From Eledone cirrhosa (lineage: Eukaryota): 64,000 nucleotides of DNA. Positions within the stretch are counted from its first letter, which is position 1, and each line of letters starts with the position of its first letter. The translations under genes and the position numbers were made by a program. Shown here one piece after another: positions 1 through 11,965 of this stretch. The notes under the pieces are model-generated. The model had not been told where the DNA came from. It saw nothing but the letters and a program-made list of their open reading frames with translations, and did no database searches. Location: the NCBI GenBank assembly GCA_964016885.1, contig OZ024741.1, positions 162,254,001 through 162,318,000 of the forward strand, given 5' to 3'.

Positions 1-90
1 ACTCAAGATGACTAATTTTTAGATGGAATACGTTTTAGTTTATACTCTGTGCTCTATCTGTTTCTCTCTTTCTATTTAATTTCCTTCATA

Positions 91-93
<3 letters not shown>

Positions 94-166
<73 letters not shown>

Positions 167-428
167 CCCTCTCTCTATACTTACATACATACATAAAACA
201 TTGCAAAAATTCTGCATCTAATAACTGCATATACACTTGTACAGATAAAAAGCATATGCACATGCACACATACATCTCAAAACATCCACATCCACACAAA
301 CAATAACATCCATACCTGCACACACATGCATGCATGCAGACATGCAGACATATCTACCTAGTTTAAAAAGAAAATAAAAATTAAAAAGAAGAAATATATA
401 TATATAAATATATATATACATATACATA

Positions 429-489
<61 letters not shown>

Positions 490-798
490 ACACACACATA
501 TACACACACACACATTAATAACAATAATAATAATAATAATAATAATAACAATAATAATAACGACAACAACAATAATAATATACATATACATATATATATA
601 CACACACATGCACACACATAAGCATATCTACACACACACACACATACACGATAGCAACTAACAGCGCTGCGAACGAATGTGGCTTTTTAGCCCAGCCAAT
701 GATCTAAAATGTCTTGCACAGAGTCGGCAACCATACATACATACATACATACATACATACATACATACATACATACATACATACATACATACATACAT
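94..798. repeat. Microsatellite cluster: (CT)n, (CA)n, (AAT)n, (CATA)n
   Basis: Directly visible: (CT)n ~94-163, (CA)n ~436-486, (AAT)n ~517-580, (CATA)n ~733-798. These explain the low-complexity ORFs here. Confidence 0.97.
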
Positions 799-1385
799 AA
801 TGTCCGAATAATTTAATATCATCTCCTCCTTATAGACGCCATTTTCGAGGCAGCTTTTACTGGTGTAATGAGCAAATGAATTGATTCCATGGAAGTTCCT
901 TCGTTTGTTCAGTTGTTAACCAGTTTAATGTTAAGTTATCCGTATAGTTCACAAGTCGGCATAGTATATTTGGATGCGGCCTAATATTTGCATGTTTCAA
1001 AGTATCCTTTTCTTTTAGCATATGTTTCAACACAACATTATACGTTTTGTAAAGTTTCCAATAAGAAAGAATTGCCTGTATTATTGTACATCAATCACTG
1101 TCTCTGAATAAAATCCTACTACCATCCATCCATTCCAGAATGTAGAATACTTTGCTACTTCAATATTGACAATTATTGAAGATGACTAGACAGATCCAGA
1201 ATGTTGAAGATTAATGTTTCTGTGCAGATTAAAATATGTGTGTGTTAGTTTGTCTTTTTTTATATACAAGGAAAAGGAACTTAATGAATAATAAATATGT
1301 TATAACTTTAATAAGCAACTGAAATATTTCTATTCGGATATGAACTATGATGGCAATAACATCAAGATTCTCACAATCATTTATA

Positions 1386-1543
1386 ATGATTAATGTATAT
1401 ACAGACTCGTAAATCTTGGTGGAGTCGTAGGGGCGCCATAGTGTGATATATGACGTTTCTTGAGCATTTTAAACTGGCGGATCCTATGCCCTATCCAGGT
1501 CTGAATACAGCCGACTTCTCCAACAGAAGGGAGGAAAGAAAGA

Positions 1544-1605
<62 letters not shown>

Positions 1606-1900
1606 GTGTGTGAGTGTGAGAGAGAGAAGGAGAGAGAGAGAGTATGTGTGTGCGTGAGAAGGAGAGAGAGAGAGTATGTGTGTGCGTGAGAAGGAGAGAG
1701 AGAGAGGGGGAGTATGTGTGTGTGTGTGTGAGAGTGAGAGAGAGAGAGGGTGAGAGAGTATGTGTGTGTGTGAGAGAGGGGAGAGAGAGAGAGGGAGAGA
1801 GAGGATGTGTGTGTGTGTGTGAGAGAGAGAGAGAGTATGTGTGTGTGTGTGAGAGAGCGGGGGAGAGAGAGAGAGTATGTGTGTGTGTGTGTGTATGAAG

Positions 1901-1971
<71 letters not shown>

Positions 1972-2153
1972 GGTGGGGGTGAGAGAGATATACAGAGGAA
2001 CTGATGAACTCTCAGTATTGAACTGGCACATTTGTATCGACCTCGAAAGGCAAAGTTGACCTTCGCGTGACTTGAACTTAGCGCGCAGAAAGCCTGCATG
2101 AAAACAACAAATCCTTTTATCAACAATTGTAACGACTCTGTAAATTTGCTGCC
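1386..2153 (-). mobile_element. Composite tRNA-derived SINE: head/core ~2010-2153, expanded internal microsatellite 1547-1968, ~150-bp tail 1386-1530
   Basis: GAAAGGCAAAGTTGACCT..TTGAACT is the reverse complement of the SINE core. The tail recurs next to SINE cores at ~4480, 23095, 41530 and 48060. Confidence 0.7.
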
Positions 2154-2749
2154 TCATAATATATGACCGCAAAATATCAAGAATGGTGATGTAGAAACTT
2201 CATAGCATGGTTAAGATAATCTAATGATATTTACATTCACTAGAAGAAACATGGTAATTTTACAACTCTGCAGGATATTAGTAATTGGATTGCATTGTAT
2301 TAATGTGATATGATTCAGAAAAAGAAAATAGCTTTCATGCCGAAATGAAATAGTCATTTTAGGCCAAGAAGTAGAAAAGATAAATTTACAAATAAATAGA
2401 AAATTGGTTTTACGAGATTGATGTGGGGTAATACAATAATGATTATTTTAGAGACGCCATTAACTGCAAGACCAGCAAGAAATACCCACACGCGCGTACA
2501 CATACATACATACATGTTGACCAACACATTGGGAGCATTTTGTAGATGGCAACTGGCGGAAGTCCATCGTGTGTAAGCATATATATATATATATATATAT
2601 AATCCAATTGTACCTTGGTATTTTGCACTGATGGTTAGTAACCCTAGCATAAACTTCTTTGTTAGCTATCTCCAATGCCCCTATTATTTTTTCTGATTGT
2701 TCATGTGACTAAGTTATTGTGGAGCTTATACTCAACACGGTATTTGTTG

Positions 2750-2796
2750 AGCTCTGATGATTCCTGCCTAAAGGTGAGGATGAAACATTGTTAGTG
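2750..2796 (+). ncRNA. Minimal type I hammerhead-ribozyme-like motif (PLE remnant)
   Basis: CTGATGA at 2754-2760, stem II TCCT-GCCT/AGGT-G-AGGA, GAAAC at 2782-2786, then ATT GTT; short stem I GCT/AGT. Confidence 0.6.
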
Positions 2797-2797
2797 A

Positions 2798-2873
<76 letters not shown>

Positions 2874-3310
2874 TGATTGGCTTATTCAAGGGAGGAAGAG
2901 AACAGTCTGTGACCGGTTTTCGGGAGTTCGTGACTGGTTCGAGGAAGGGAAGAATATGTCCTCAGATTGAATGAAGATCTAGTGTAAATGCCTGTAACAA
3001 AGCGGACCCCACTAATTGCAGCCATGAGGCAGATGAGATGTTAAATCCAGATAACAGCTAACGTCTACTATCCTAGAATAGTCTCTGTCTACTTACTAGA
3101 TTTGAGTCACGTCGAACCCAAAACCAATTAATTGTGAAGCGATCGTTTGAACTACACATATCTGTAGCCACAGCAACCATGTAGCATCCTTTGAGAAAAA
3201 ATGTGCCTGCTTCGGGCCCCAAAGGGATCTTGTACCGCCTTGCAAAATTTCTCTTTGGGGTCCTGTTCTTTAGCCCCAGCTCAAATCTGACTGAGCAGAC
3301 CAAATTATCC
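2797..3310 (-). mobile_element. Decayed LINE 3' end with (TAC)n tail
   Basis: (GTA)n at 2797-2873 abuts GC-richer sequence whose minus strand reads SSLPRTSHELP, resembling the SFxPRTxxLWNxLP motif at LINE ORF2 C-termini. Confidence 0.4.
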
Positions 3311-3344
3311 AAGGCATTGACGCTAACCCCGTCTTATTGACAAA

Positions 3345-3548
3345 ATCATTAGTGTATGATAAAATACTTCGCAGCATTTACTCCGTTTCTTTACGTTCTA
3401 ATTTTAAATCACACTAAAGTCAACTTTGCCTTTTGTCCTTACGGAGTTCGATAAAATTAAGTACCAGTAACGTACTGAGATCGATTTTATCGACTTTTCC
3501 TTTCCCTTCAAATTGCTGGCCTAGTGCCAAAAGTAGAAACAATTATTT
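3345..3548 (+). mobile_element. tRNA-derived SINE (family A, probable Meta/MESC-type core)
   Basis: GTCAACTTTGCCTTT..CGATAAAATTAAGTACCAG core and GCTGGCCTAGTGCCAAAAGTAGAAAC tail. Confidence 0.8.
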
Positions 3549-3910
3549 CTGGAATACTATACGCCTTATGTGACCTAAAATAATGTATGACTTGATAGAG
3601 AATTGGTTGCTGTTTCTTGCATGTATGGTAACCACGTTGAGGCTCCTTTTTTGTCTCGACAGAATGGAGGTTATTTAACTTGGTAAGTATAATCAGCTGA
3701 ACGCTGCACAAACTGATTGCGGTATTTAGCTCCGTTCTTTTATGTCCTGTAATCAAATCTCGTCAAGAATTAATGGTTTATATATCATTGACTATACTCC
3801 ACCCATAAAATTATTTGTGGCATTATTCCTATATTAGAAACATTATACTAATCTTGGACGAAGACAACGATAACGACAGAGGCCTGATTAAAATATGTCA
3901 TCTACTTTAA

Positions 3911-4129
3911 CCCTTTAGCATTCACATTACTCTATATATACTATTATATTTTCATGGTAAAGGCTTTACCTCGCATAATTATCTCACATAATATCGAATC
4001 TATGAGATTTTGAAAGTATTTATTTTGAGAACAATACCTTAACATCAGTTTGAGCAACCGGTTACAGCCAGTTTCAACAGAAAAGGTAGAGAATTCTGGC
4101 CGGTTTTGGCGGGTTTGAACATTAAAGGG
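3911..4129 (+). mobile_element. piggyBac-type MITE, copy 1
   Basis: TTAA|CCCTTTAGCATT...AACATTAAAGGG|TTAA; homologous copies at 38862 and 54904. Confidence 0.85.
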
Positions 4130-4309
4130 TTAACTTTACACAACCACTACCTGGGCTTTAGGGACATTTTGTGGAGTTCCCTCTGTTGCAAGCATTCTGG
4201 CCAGGTCTTCGTTCTGAGGATATCTTCCTCCCTTTCTCCCACCAGTTTCGGAAGTTCTGTTTAATCTCTGATTAAACCATTAAAACAAAAGAATGTATAT
4301 ATGTATATA

Positions 4310-4676
<367 letters not shown>

Positions 4677-5078
4677 AAATATTGTTTGAACCTGGCGTAA
4701 AACATTGACAATAGTTCATGACACGATTGATTTTATCCTATATCTCTGCGATAAAAGAGTAGGGAAGTTCATCTTGAAATCTGTGAGCGCTGAGATGTTT
4801 TTTGTTTTTTCAGAGTGGGATGAAATAGTACATATTCACTGGTCCCTTCGTGACTCTGTAGGTGCCGAATCGACGTACCAGCTGAACTCCTTGAACCTGA
4901 TTAATTTTACCTTTACTCTTAGCTTTACATTCCAATTAAGCTTTTAATTTCCTTTCCTCTTAGTATACCAAATAATCGTCTCATTGTTCGCCCTGCCTAT
5001 AGATTGGACTATCGTGTAACATCTATTCTGATTCATATCTTAAACTTATGTATTCATATGTCTATATGTAATTATGTT

Positions 5079-5156
<78 letters not shown>

Positions 5157-5506
5157 CATGCATTCATATGAAACCACTAAATCACTGCACATCTCATATA
5201 CATATTATTACCCGATTAAAATAATATAATATGCATGTATGTGTGAATGCACACATGCATCTACATACACATATACACACATAGCTGTGGACACACATAT
5301 ACACGTATGTATGTGGATGTATGTGTGGTCACACATATACCCACGCATGTGATGTGTATGTATATATATATATATGTGTCTGCATACGTACACAGTATTA
5401 AAAAATAGTAACTTTTAGACCAATAGTTCTTAATTAGAAATCCTCCTACAGATTGACAAATTATTACTAATTTAAGCATCCATAATTTCTTTATATTATT
5501 TTTTTG

Positions 5507-5692
5507 ATTTGGCAGTATCAGTAGAGGGTCGGACGCCATGCTTTGCAGCAAAGAGTTACGGCTCTTTATGGCCTGAGTTCAAATCCCGCCGAGGTTAACT
5601 TTGCCTTTCATCCTTACAGGGTCGATAAAATAAAGTACCAGTAATACACTGGGATAATTACTGGCCTTGTGCCAAAAGTAGAAACAATTATT
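5507..5692 (+). mobile_element. Family A SINE, young subfamily
   Basis: A-box TGGCAGTATCAGTAG, B-box GAGTTCAAATCC, core GCCTTTCATCCTTACAGGGTCGATAAAATAAAGTACCAG. Confidence 0.9.
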
Positions 5693-6352
5693 TTTTCTTA
5701 TACTTTATAGTTAGTATTAAAATTATACGTAACTTTAATTAATAAGTATTGTTAAATTTATAAGCTCTAATTTTATTCCTTTCGTGTTTATTTGAGTCAA
5801 TAGACGTATATCAAATTTAAAAGTCAAACTAACCACTACATAGTATTTGTGTTACTAATAAAATTTAATTTGTGCATTTAGTAATCCATAATTTTTAACA
5901 TTTTCCAAACTATATCTAAAGTTTGTTTACGTTTTGAATTTTTTCCGACATGAGGTTGTATTATTTAACGATTCTGAAGATTTCAATACAAAGGAATAAA
6001 ATGCTACTTCCTTCTGTATTTGAAAGAAACGCATGTAGATCAATTAAATAACTTATTTAACCTGGTTATTTATTTATTCATTTTATATATGCTCCGTGAT
6101 GTTGTAAAACTACTATAACTGGAAATTTACAAATTGGATTAAACCCTGAACTGTCTTTTACCAATCTTACTGTGGACAATAAAATCACTTTCAAATTTTG
6201 AATGTCTCTCGGCCTTATATAGTTGTATCATCAACTTCAACTCATCTGATTTACCTTATATATATATATTTATCCTTATCGAGCCTCGTGAAATAAATAC
6301 CTTTGTTTATATTTTGTTATTGTGTATGCAAAAATATCTGCACACGAATATA

Positions 6353-6419
<67 letters not shown>

Positions 6420-6423
<4 letters not shown>

Positions 6424-6543
6424 CAGGAAAGAAGGTTGACATGGTTTGCTATATAAAAAAGGTTTTTAATCTCATAGCTGACAATTGTTTCTCTGAACTG
6501 GTAGGTCTAGAGATCGCTATTCGCTTCTATTATTTGTTACCCC

Positions 6544-6545
<2 letters not shown>
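6420..6545 (-). mobile_element. Short PLE-like 3' remnant between (TA)n tracts
   Basis: Minus strand reads GAAACAATTGTC-AGCTAT (palindromic hammerhead stem III) then ATTAAA; the CTGANGA box is missing. Confidence 0.45.
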
Positions 6546-6596
<51 letters not shown>

Positions 6597-6856
6597 TAAC
6601 AGATTAAAGTTTAAGCAAAGAATCGCTGCTTTCACCCTTAACTAGATCTTCTGAAACTAAAAAAAATCAATCTGTGAACGCAGAAGTAAATATTTCGAAA
6701 AACGTATATATAAAAATATACACTATATATATATGTATATATTTACACTATATATACACATATATACACACACACACCTATAGCGTCATAATGTCGTTAC
6801 GCAGACAGCCAGAATACAGACAGATATTATAAGGGCGCGACGTTGTAGCTATGTAT

Positions 6857-7057
6857 CTATCTAAAAAGAAAGACTAAGAATTATAGAGAGGTCGCTAAAT
6901 CGCCTAACGCGGTCCCCAGGGCATAGAAAATTTGAAATATTTTTTGCTCAAAACACTCACACGACCATAAGTATTACATGTGTCAAGTTTGAAAAAAATC
7001 GGTTGAGTGGTTCTCGAGTTTTAGGGAGACAGACATTCTCTGTTTTAGATATATAGA
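6857..7057 (-). mobile_element. Non-autonomous Helitron-like element, 5' portion
   Basis: Minus strand begins A|TCTATATATCTAAAA..GAATGTCTGTCT..CAACCGATTTTTTTCAAACTT, typical of invertebrate non-autonomous Helitron 5' ends. The 3' hairpin/CTAG was not located. Confidence 0.6.
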
Positions 7058-7109
7058 TGAGTGTTGACAGGAGCTCGCTGAAGTAAAATCGGCGACCTTC
7101 GTAAAATAA
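7058..7109 (+). repeat. 52-bp dispersed direct repeat, copy 1
   Basis: 48/52 identical to 12048-12099. Confidence 0.9.
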
Positions 7110-7252
7110 GTGTGTGTGTATGTATATATATATGTGTGTGTGTATGTATATATATGTGTGTGTGTGCGTGTGTGTGTGAACTTTGAATATATATATATTT
7201 GAATATTTTGTATTATCAACTCATATAATCTACCTTATATATATATATATAT

Positions 7253-7561
7253 AACCACAGAAGCTCCTTCAAACATAGATCGAAACGACCCCAAACAAAA
7301 CTGGCCGACCTGATCTGGGACCTCAAGGACAGGAATATTGAACCCCAGATTTCGTGGTCAGTAAAAAGACGCGTGGCATACATCCCCAGTGACAGAAACC
7401 ACTGCAGATTGTGCCTAGCTGAGGCGGCGGAAATAGTTAAACTTGATTCCGCCATAAACTATAGGTCGGACATAATTGTCAATTGCAGACACACTAGGAT
7501 GCACACCTTTTCTGCACAAACTTTCGCGGGAGGACCACGCACTAACCATGATCCACCATAA
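7253..7561 (+). pseudogene. 5'-truncated Penelope-like GIY-YIG endonuclease C-terminus (possibly Naiad clade)
   Basis: Open frame NHRSSFKH..TKLADLIWDLK..ISWSV..CRLCLAE..INYRSDIIVNCRH matches the HxxSF..TxL..IWxLK..CxLCLxE..LNxRxE..CRH pattern of invertebrate PLEs; it starts directly after (TA)n. Confidence 0.85.
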
Positions 7562-8846
7562 TAATAACCACATCTGCCCCGTATCACCATCGCCCATCTC
7601 AACGAACTTTAATTCTAATCTAACTTCACTTTATCTTATTTCATTGTATTGCATTTAACCATATGTAAGCCCGTATTTTGTATATCATGCCGCATACATA
7701 ACCCACACCAAAAATCACACTAACCACGACACACCATATTAATAACCACATATACCCCGTCTCCAAACCGCCCACCTCAATGAACTTATTGTATTGTACT
7801 CCATGTAACCATTTCTAAGCCCGCATTTGTATATCATGCTGCACGCATCACCATCACCACCACCAAAATTCACATCAACATACACAGTTCATCGTTGCAA
7901 CATCGTATTAGATCGGTATCCTATGATACGTTCTACCTTGCAATCCACAATGACAAGGGACCTTGTAAATACAATGTCGATCATATCACACCATCGCCAC
8001 CAGCACCACACCACACATCGCCATATGCCTACCATACACGCCTACAAGCTCATCCCCTCATGTTCCCTCTGTCTACCCTAACCTACAACCCCACGCTAAA
8101 TTCGACCCTGTAATTGTACTGCCGCACGCACACACAACCACAGCCACCACTAGATACATCCAAATACCTCAACAAACATTATCATTAACATCATCAACAC
8201 ATATCACCCCTCGCTCCCAGATCGACTGTATTATATACACCCCACCCACCGTCTGCCTTACCCTATAACACACCGTAACCTCTGATCATGCAACCATCTT
8301 GTCGAACACATCACCCCAGCACCACCACCATCACCATGTCCACAACACACATCGCCGTACGTCCATAAACACCTTCTAACCGGTATTCGATCCTGTATAT
8401 ATATGTTTGTCCCTCACAACTCCACCACCACCACCACCACAAAACACAACTCCATACTTCACCAACACCAACAACGCACACCCCCACTCCCCAACCAACA
8501 ATAGCGTGTGTGTCGGTGTGTAAGTATTCTTACACATACGGACGTATGAGTGTGCGTGTGTGTACGCATAGTTATTGTATGTGTGTGTGTGTGTATATGA
8601 GCGCAGGTGTATACATGTGTGTATGTGTGGGTACGTATCTGTATACATATATATGTGTATGTGCATGCGTATGTGTATGTGTGTGTGTCTATACGTATGT
8701 GTATGTATGTGTGTATATGTGCACGTCTACATATAGGTATATGGGTGAATCTGACTATATGTGTAGGTGAGCTCATGTGCGTGCATGTATGTGTATATGT
8801 GCGTGTATATCTGTGTGTTGTATGTACATGAGTGTGTGTGTGTATA

Positions 8847-8892
<46 letters not shown>

Positions 8893-8894
<2 letters not shown>

Positions 8895-9336
8895 AGGGTG
8901 TTAAAGTTTGCTTGAAGCATTGTGAAATGTATAAAATACGTAGTTTAGAAAGCCACAACAATGCAGAGAGAAATCCCGAGGTAGGAAGTGAATGATAGAT
9001 AGGAGAAATAGGAGAAAGTGAAAATTGAGAGAGACAAAGATGAAAACAAAACAAAGGTAGAAGGGTTACCGTAGTGGAGATTTAATCCCAATATTTCGGG
9101 CAACGACATCACAACTTTCTCCGACTTAGCCTGTTCCCCCCCCTTTTGGAACTTTCCCCCGTTGATGGGCGTGAGCCCGAAATATTGGGATTAAATCTCC
9201 ACTACGGTAACCCTTCTACCTTTGTTTTGTTTTCATCTTTGTCTCTCTCAATTTTCACTTTCTCCTATTTCTCCTATCTATCATTCACTTCCTACCTCGA
9301 GATTTCCCTCTGCATTGTTGTGGCTTTCTAAACTAC

Positions 9337-9340
<4 letters not shown>
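8893..9340. mobile_element. PLE-type insert with inverted pseudo-LTR (arms 8936-9101 and 9175-9340)
   Basis: 166-bp inverted arms with 2 mismatches, 73-bp spacer, (TA)n on both sides, hammerhead-like motif at the spacer/right-arm junction. Confidence 0.75.
9155..9190 (+). ncRNA. Minimal hammerhead-like motif with variant core CCGTTGA
   Basis: TCCC-CCGTTGA-T-GGGC GTGA GCCC-GAAA-TA-TT-GGGA: stem I TCCC/GGGA, GNRA-capped stem II, palindromic minimal stem III. Confidence 0.5.
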
Positions 9341-9387
<47 letters not shown>

Positions 9388-9608
9388 TAAAAATTAGCGA
9401 GAATCGAATTTCAGCCTATGAAATAACGAAAAAACACTTTCGAATTGTGAGGCAAGCGCTCAATAATTCAAAAGAATTAGAGCTTACAACTTACGTTAAA
9501 GGCCAAACACACTGAGATGGTGGTTAAACTAATTATCCACACAGCGAAGATTCGATCTCCTATTTCGAGTCAAACAGATATACAGATATAAAAATATATG
9601 AAAGCATA

Positions 9609-9658
<50 letters not shown>

Positions 9659-10500
9659 GTGTGTGTATATATGTGCGAGAGTATACGTGTGTGTGAGTGA
9701 GTATGTGTATATTTTGTATACGTGAGTGTGAGTCCAGGTGCCCATACCCATATGTATGTATGGGCATATGTATGTGTACGTATGTATGTAAAACACCTTC
9801 TACATTGCTTGTCACCTTCCCCCCATCTCTGTCGTTTGCCACCCCCAACGATACCCCCCCCCCACTCCCTATATTCGTGTCCGCACGCGCACACGCACAT
9901 ACATGTGTGTACATATACATATGGCCGTGTGTGACCGTGTGTCGATATGTGTGGGCAAGGATGTACGTATGTATTGTGTGCTGGGTGTGTTTATACAACA
10001 ATATGTGTGCACATATATACCTATATATGTGTGTGTGTATACGTATATACAAAGCATCGGCCAGACGATGACCGACTAGCTATGTATCTAGGTAATGACC
10101 TTGACGCCACCAATACATCCGCCACACCACCACAAACGCCACTACCATAGACAGCGGCACCAATACCACACTCCCACATACACGCCAACCCATCTACTGA
10201 CAACCCACTAACCTCATACCACAGCCCATCCCACTAAGCAACCATAACCACCACCATATCATGACATCCACACCCCCACATACTCTACACGCCAAGGCCA
10301 ATCAACCACCACCACACCACAGCCCATCTCATCCGCCCATCGTCACCAACATCTCACCATCACACCCACCCCCATATACACTAGAGGCCAGTACATCGCC
10401 TTGACCCTTCCCACCAATCAAAACAACTCATTTTGTCAAACTCTTGAATATCTGACTTTATCACATAGCATGTATTTCATTTTCTTATAGCATTTCAGGA

Positions 10501-10587
10501 AGGTCCGTCGAGCTGCGGATTATTGAGTCGGGTAAGATCGATATAGATCGAACCTTGAGCTGATCAGTGGCGAAACGCGCGTCACCT
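10501..10587 (+). ncRNA. Type I hammerhead-like motif with variant core CCGTCGA
   Basis: AGGT-CCGTCGA-GCTGC...GTGGC-GAAAC-GCGC-GTC-ACCT: stem I AGGT/ACCT, extended stem II, palindromic stem III, GUC triplet. Confidence 0.6.
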
Positions 10588-10659
10588 ATCAATAATTGCA
10601 ATGAAGGAATAATCAATCGTCCTTTTTATCCTTTCTCTCTCTCTCTCTATATATATATA

Positions 10660-11965
10660 TAGGGTCTGGACGATATTTGTTCGCAATTTTCAACTGCTAA
10701 TTTTATGCAAATTAATTTTTCTTCCGTTGTCACTCTTGTCTTCATAAAAACAGTGACTATATTTCCATTATTTATTTTCAGAATAATTGATTATGAATAA
10801 TTTTGAACCTCCAAATTTGTGGAAGAGACACGGAGTTCTTCTTGGAATCCGTGCCGGGAGGACAAATAAGGAAAATTCAGACTTTCTCAGCGTCAGCAGG
10901 AGAATGGTGGAAAAGGTCAGAAAGGAATTGGAAGATTAAGGATTCGACTACGAAGCAACATCAGAGATGAAAACACATGATCGACGATCTGACGCCTTCA
11001 GAACGCCCGAGTTCGTCGCTGAAGTTCAGGATATCATCAACAATGAACCTAGCAAGTCGATGCGTGCCATTGCAAGGGAGAAAGGCGTGGATGAAAAGCT
11101 CATTAGGCTGGTGGTACATGAAGACATTCGCTACGTTTCATACAAGATGAGGAAAGGACAATTTCTGTCAAAGGCGATGCAAGAAAAGCGACTGAAGCAC
11201 GCAAAGAAGCTGATCAACAAGTTGAAACACCCACTGGAGCCAGACATGCTGTGGTTTTTCTCCGACGAGAAAAACTTCTGCCAAGACCAGAAGATCAATT
11301 CCCAGAACAACAGGTGGCTCGCTGTCTCATCCAAAGACGTGCCCAGAGTCATGCAGACAAAGTTTCCAGCGACAACATTGGTCTTAGGTGTCGTCAGTAG
11401 TCAAAGTGACGTCATGCCACCTCACTTCTTCCCTGAGGGCCTCAAACTGAACACCGATGGCTACATCCGCGTTCTGAGCGAGGTAGTAAAGCCCTGGATC
11501 GACCAGGTAGCTGCAGGTAGGCCGTACGTGTGGTAGCAAGACTCAGCGCCCTGCCATACCAGCTAAAGACCCAAGCCTGGCTGTCAGAGAACTTCGTCGA
11601 CCACACTTCACCTGACATCTGGCCTCCCAGCTGGCCTGACTGCAACCCCCTCGACTTCTTTGTGTGGGGTACAGTGGAACGAGACACCAACAGATCTAGC
11701 TTCAATACGAAAGACGATCTGAAGGCCAGGATCACAAGTGCCTTTAGGGGCCTAAGTCGAGAGACAGTGACGAAGGCATGTAGCCGGTTCCGAGGCGGCC
11801 TTGAAGCCGTCATCAAAGCCAATGGCGAGCTTATCGAGTGAGATCATCGAAAGAACAAGTCATGAAGACAAACTAACCCAAGTTTGATAAATATGTCTTA
11901 AAAAATAAAACTACTGTGTTATTTTATACTAGACAGTAATCTTGCGAACAAATATCGTCCGCACC

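Larger units (their letters stand above)
7253..10630 (+). mobile_element. Probable extent of the PLE copy: EN fragment, long C/A-rich 3' region, terminal hammerhead-like motif; interrupted by nested inserts
   Basis: Similar C/A-rich composition at 7561-8500 and 10090-10430; hammerhead-like fold at 10501-10587. Continuity across the microsatellite blocks is inferred. Confidence 0.5.

Noticed and set aside
49-2172. Long ORFs of 85-260 aa (SLSL, CVCV, RERE, HTHT)
   Set aside because: Translations of dinucleotide microsatellites, which lack stops in several frames.
7561-8500. Possible SECIS or selenoprotein coding, as reported for some Naiad PLEs
   Set aside because: The EN fragment uses ordinary Cys codons with no in-frame TGA, and I see no convincing SECIS fold.
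8376-10203. Dense overlapping ORFs rich in Y/I/H/T/C/V
   Set aside because: Degenerate (TG/TA)n sequence; no protein signal.
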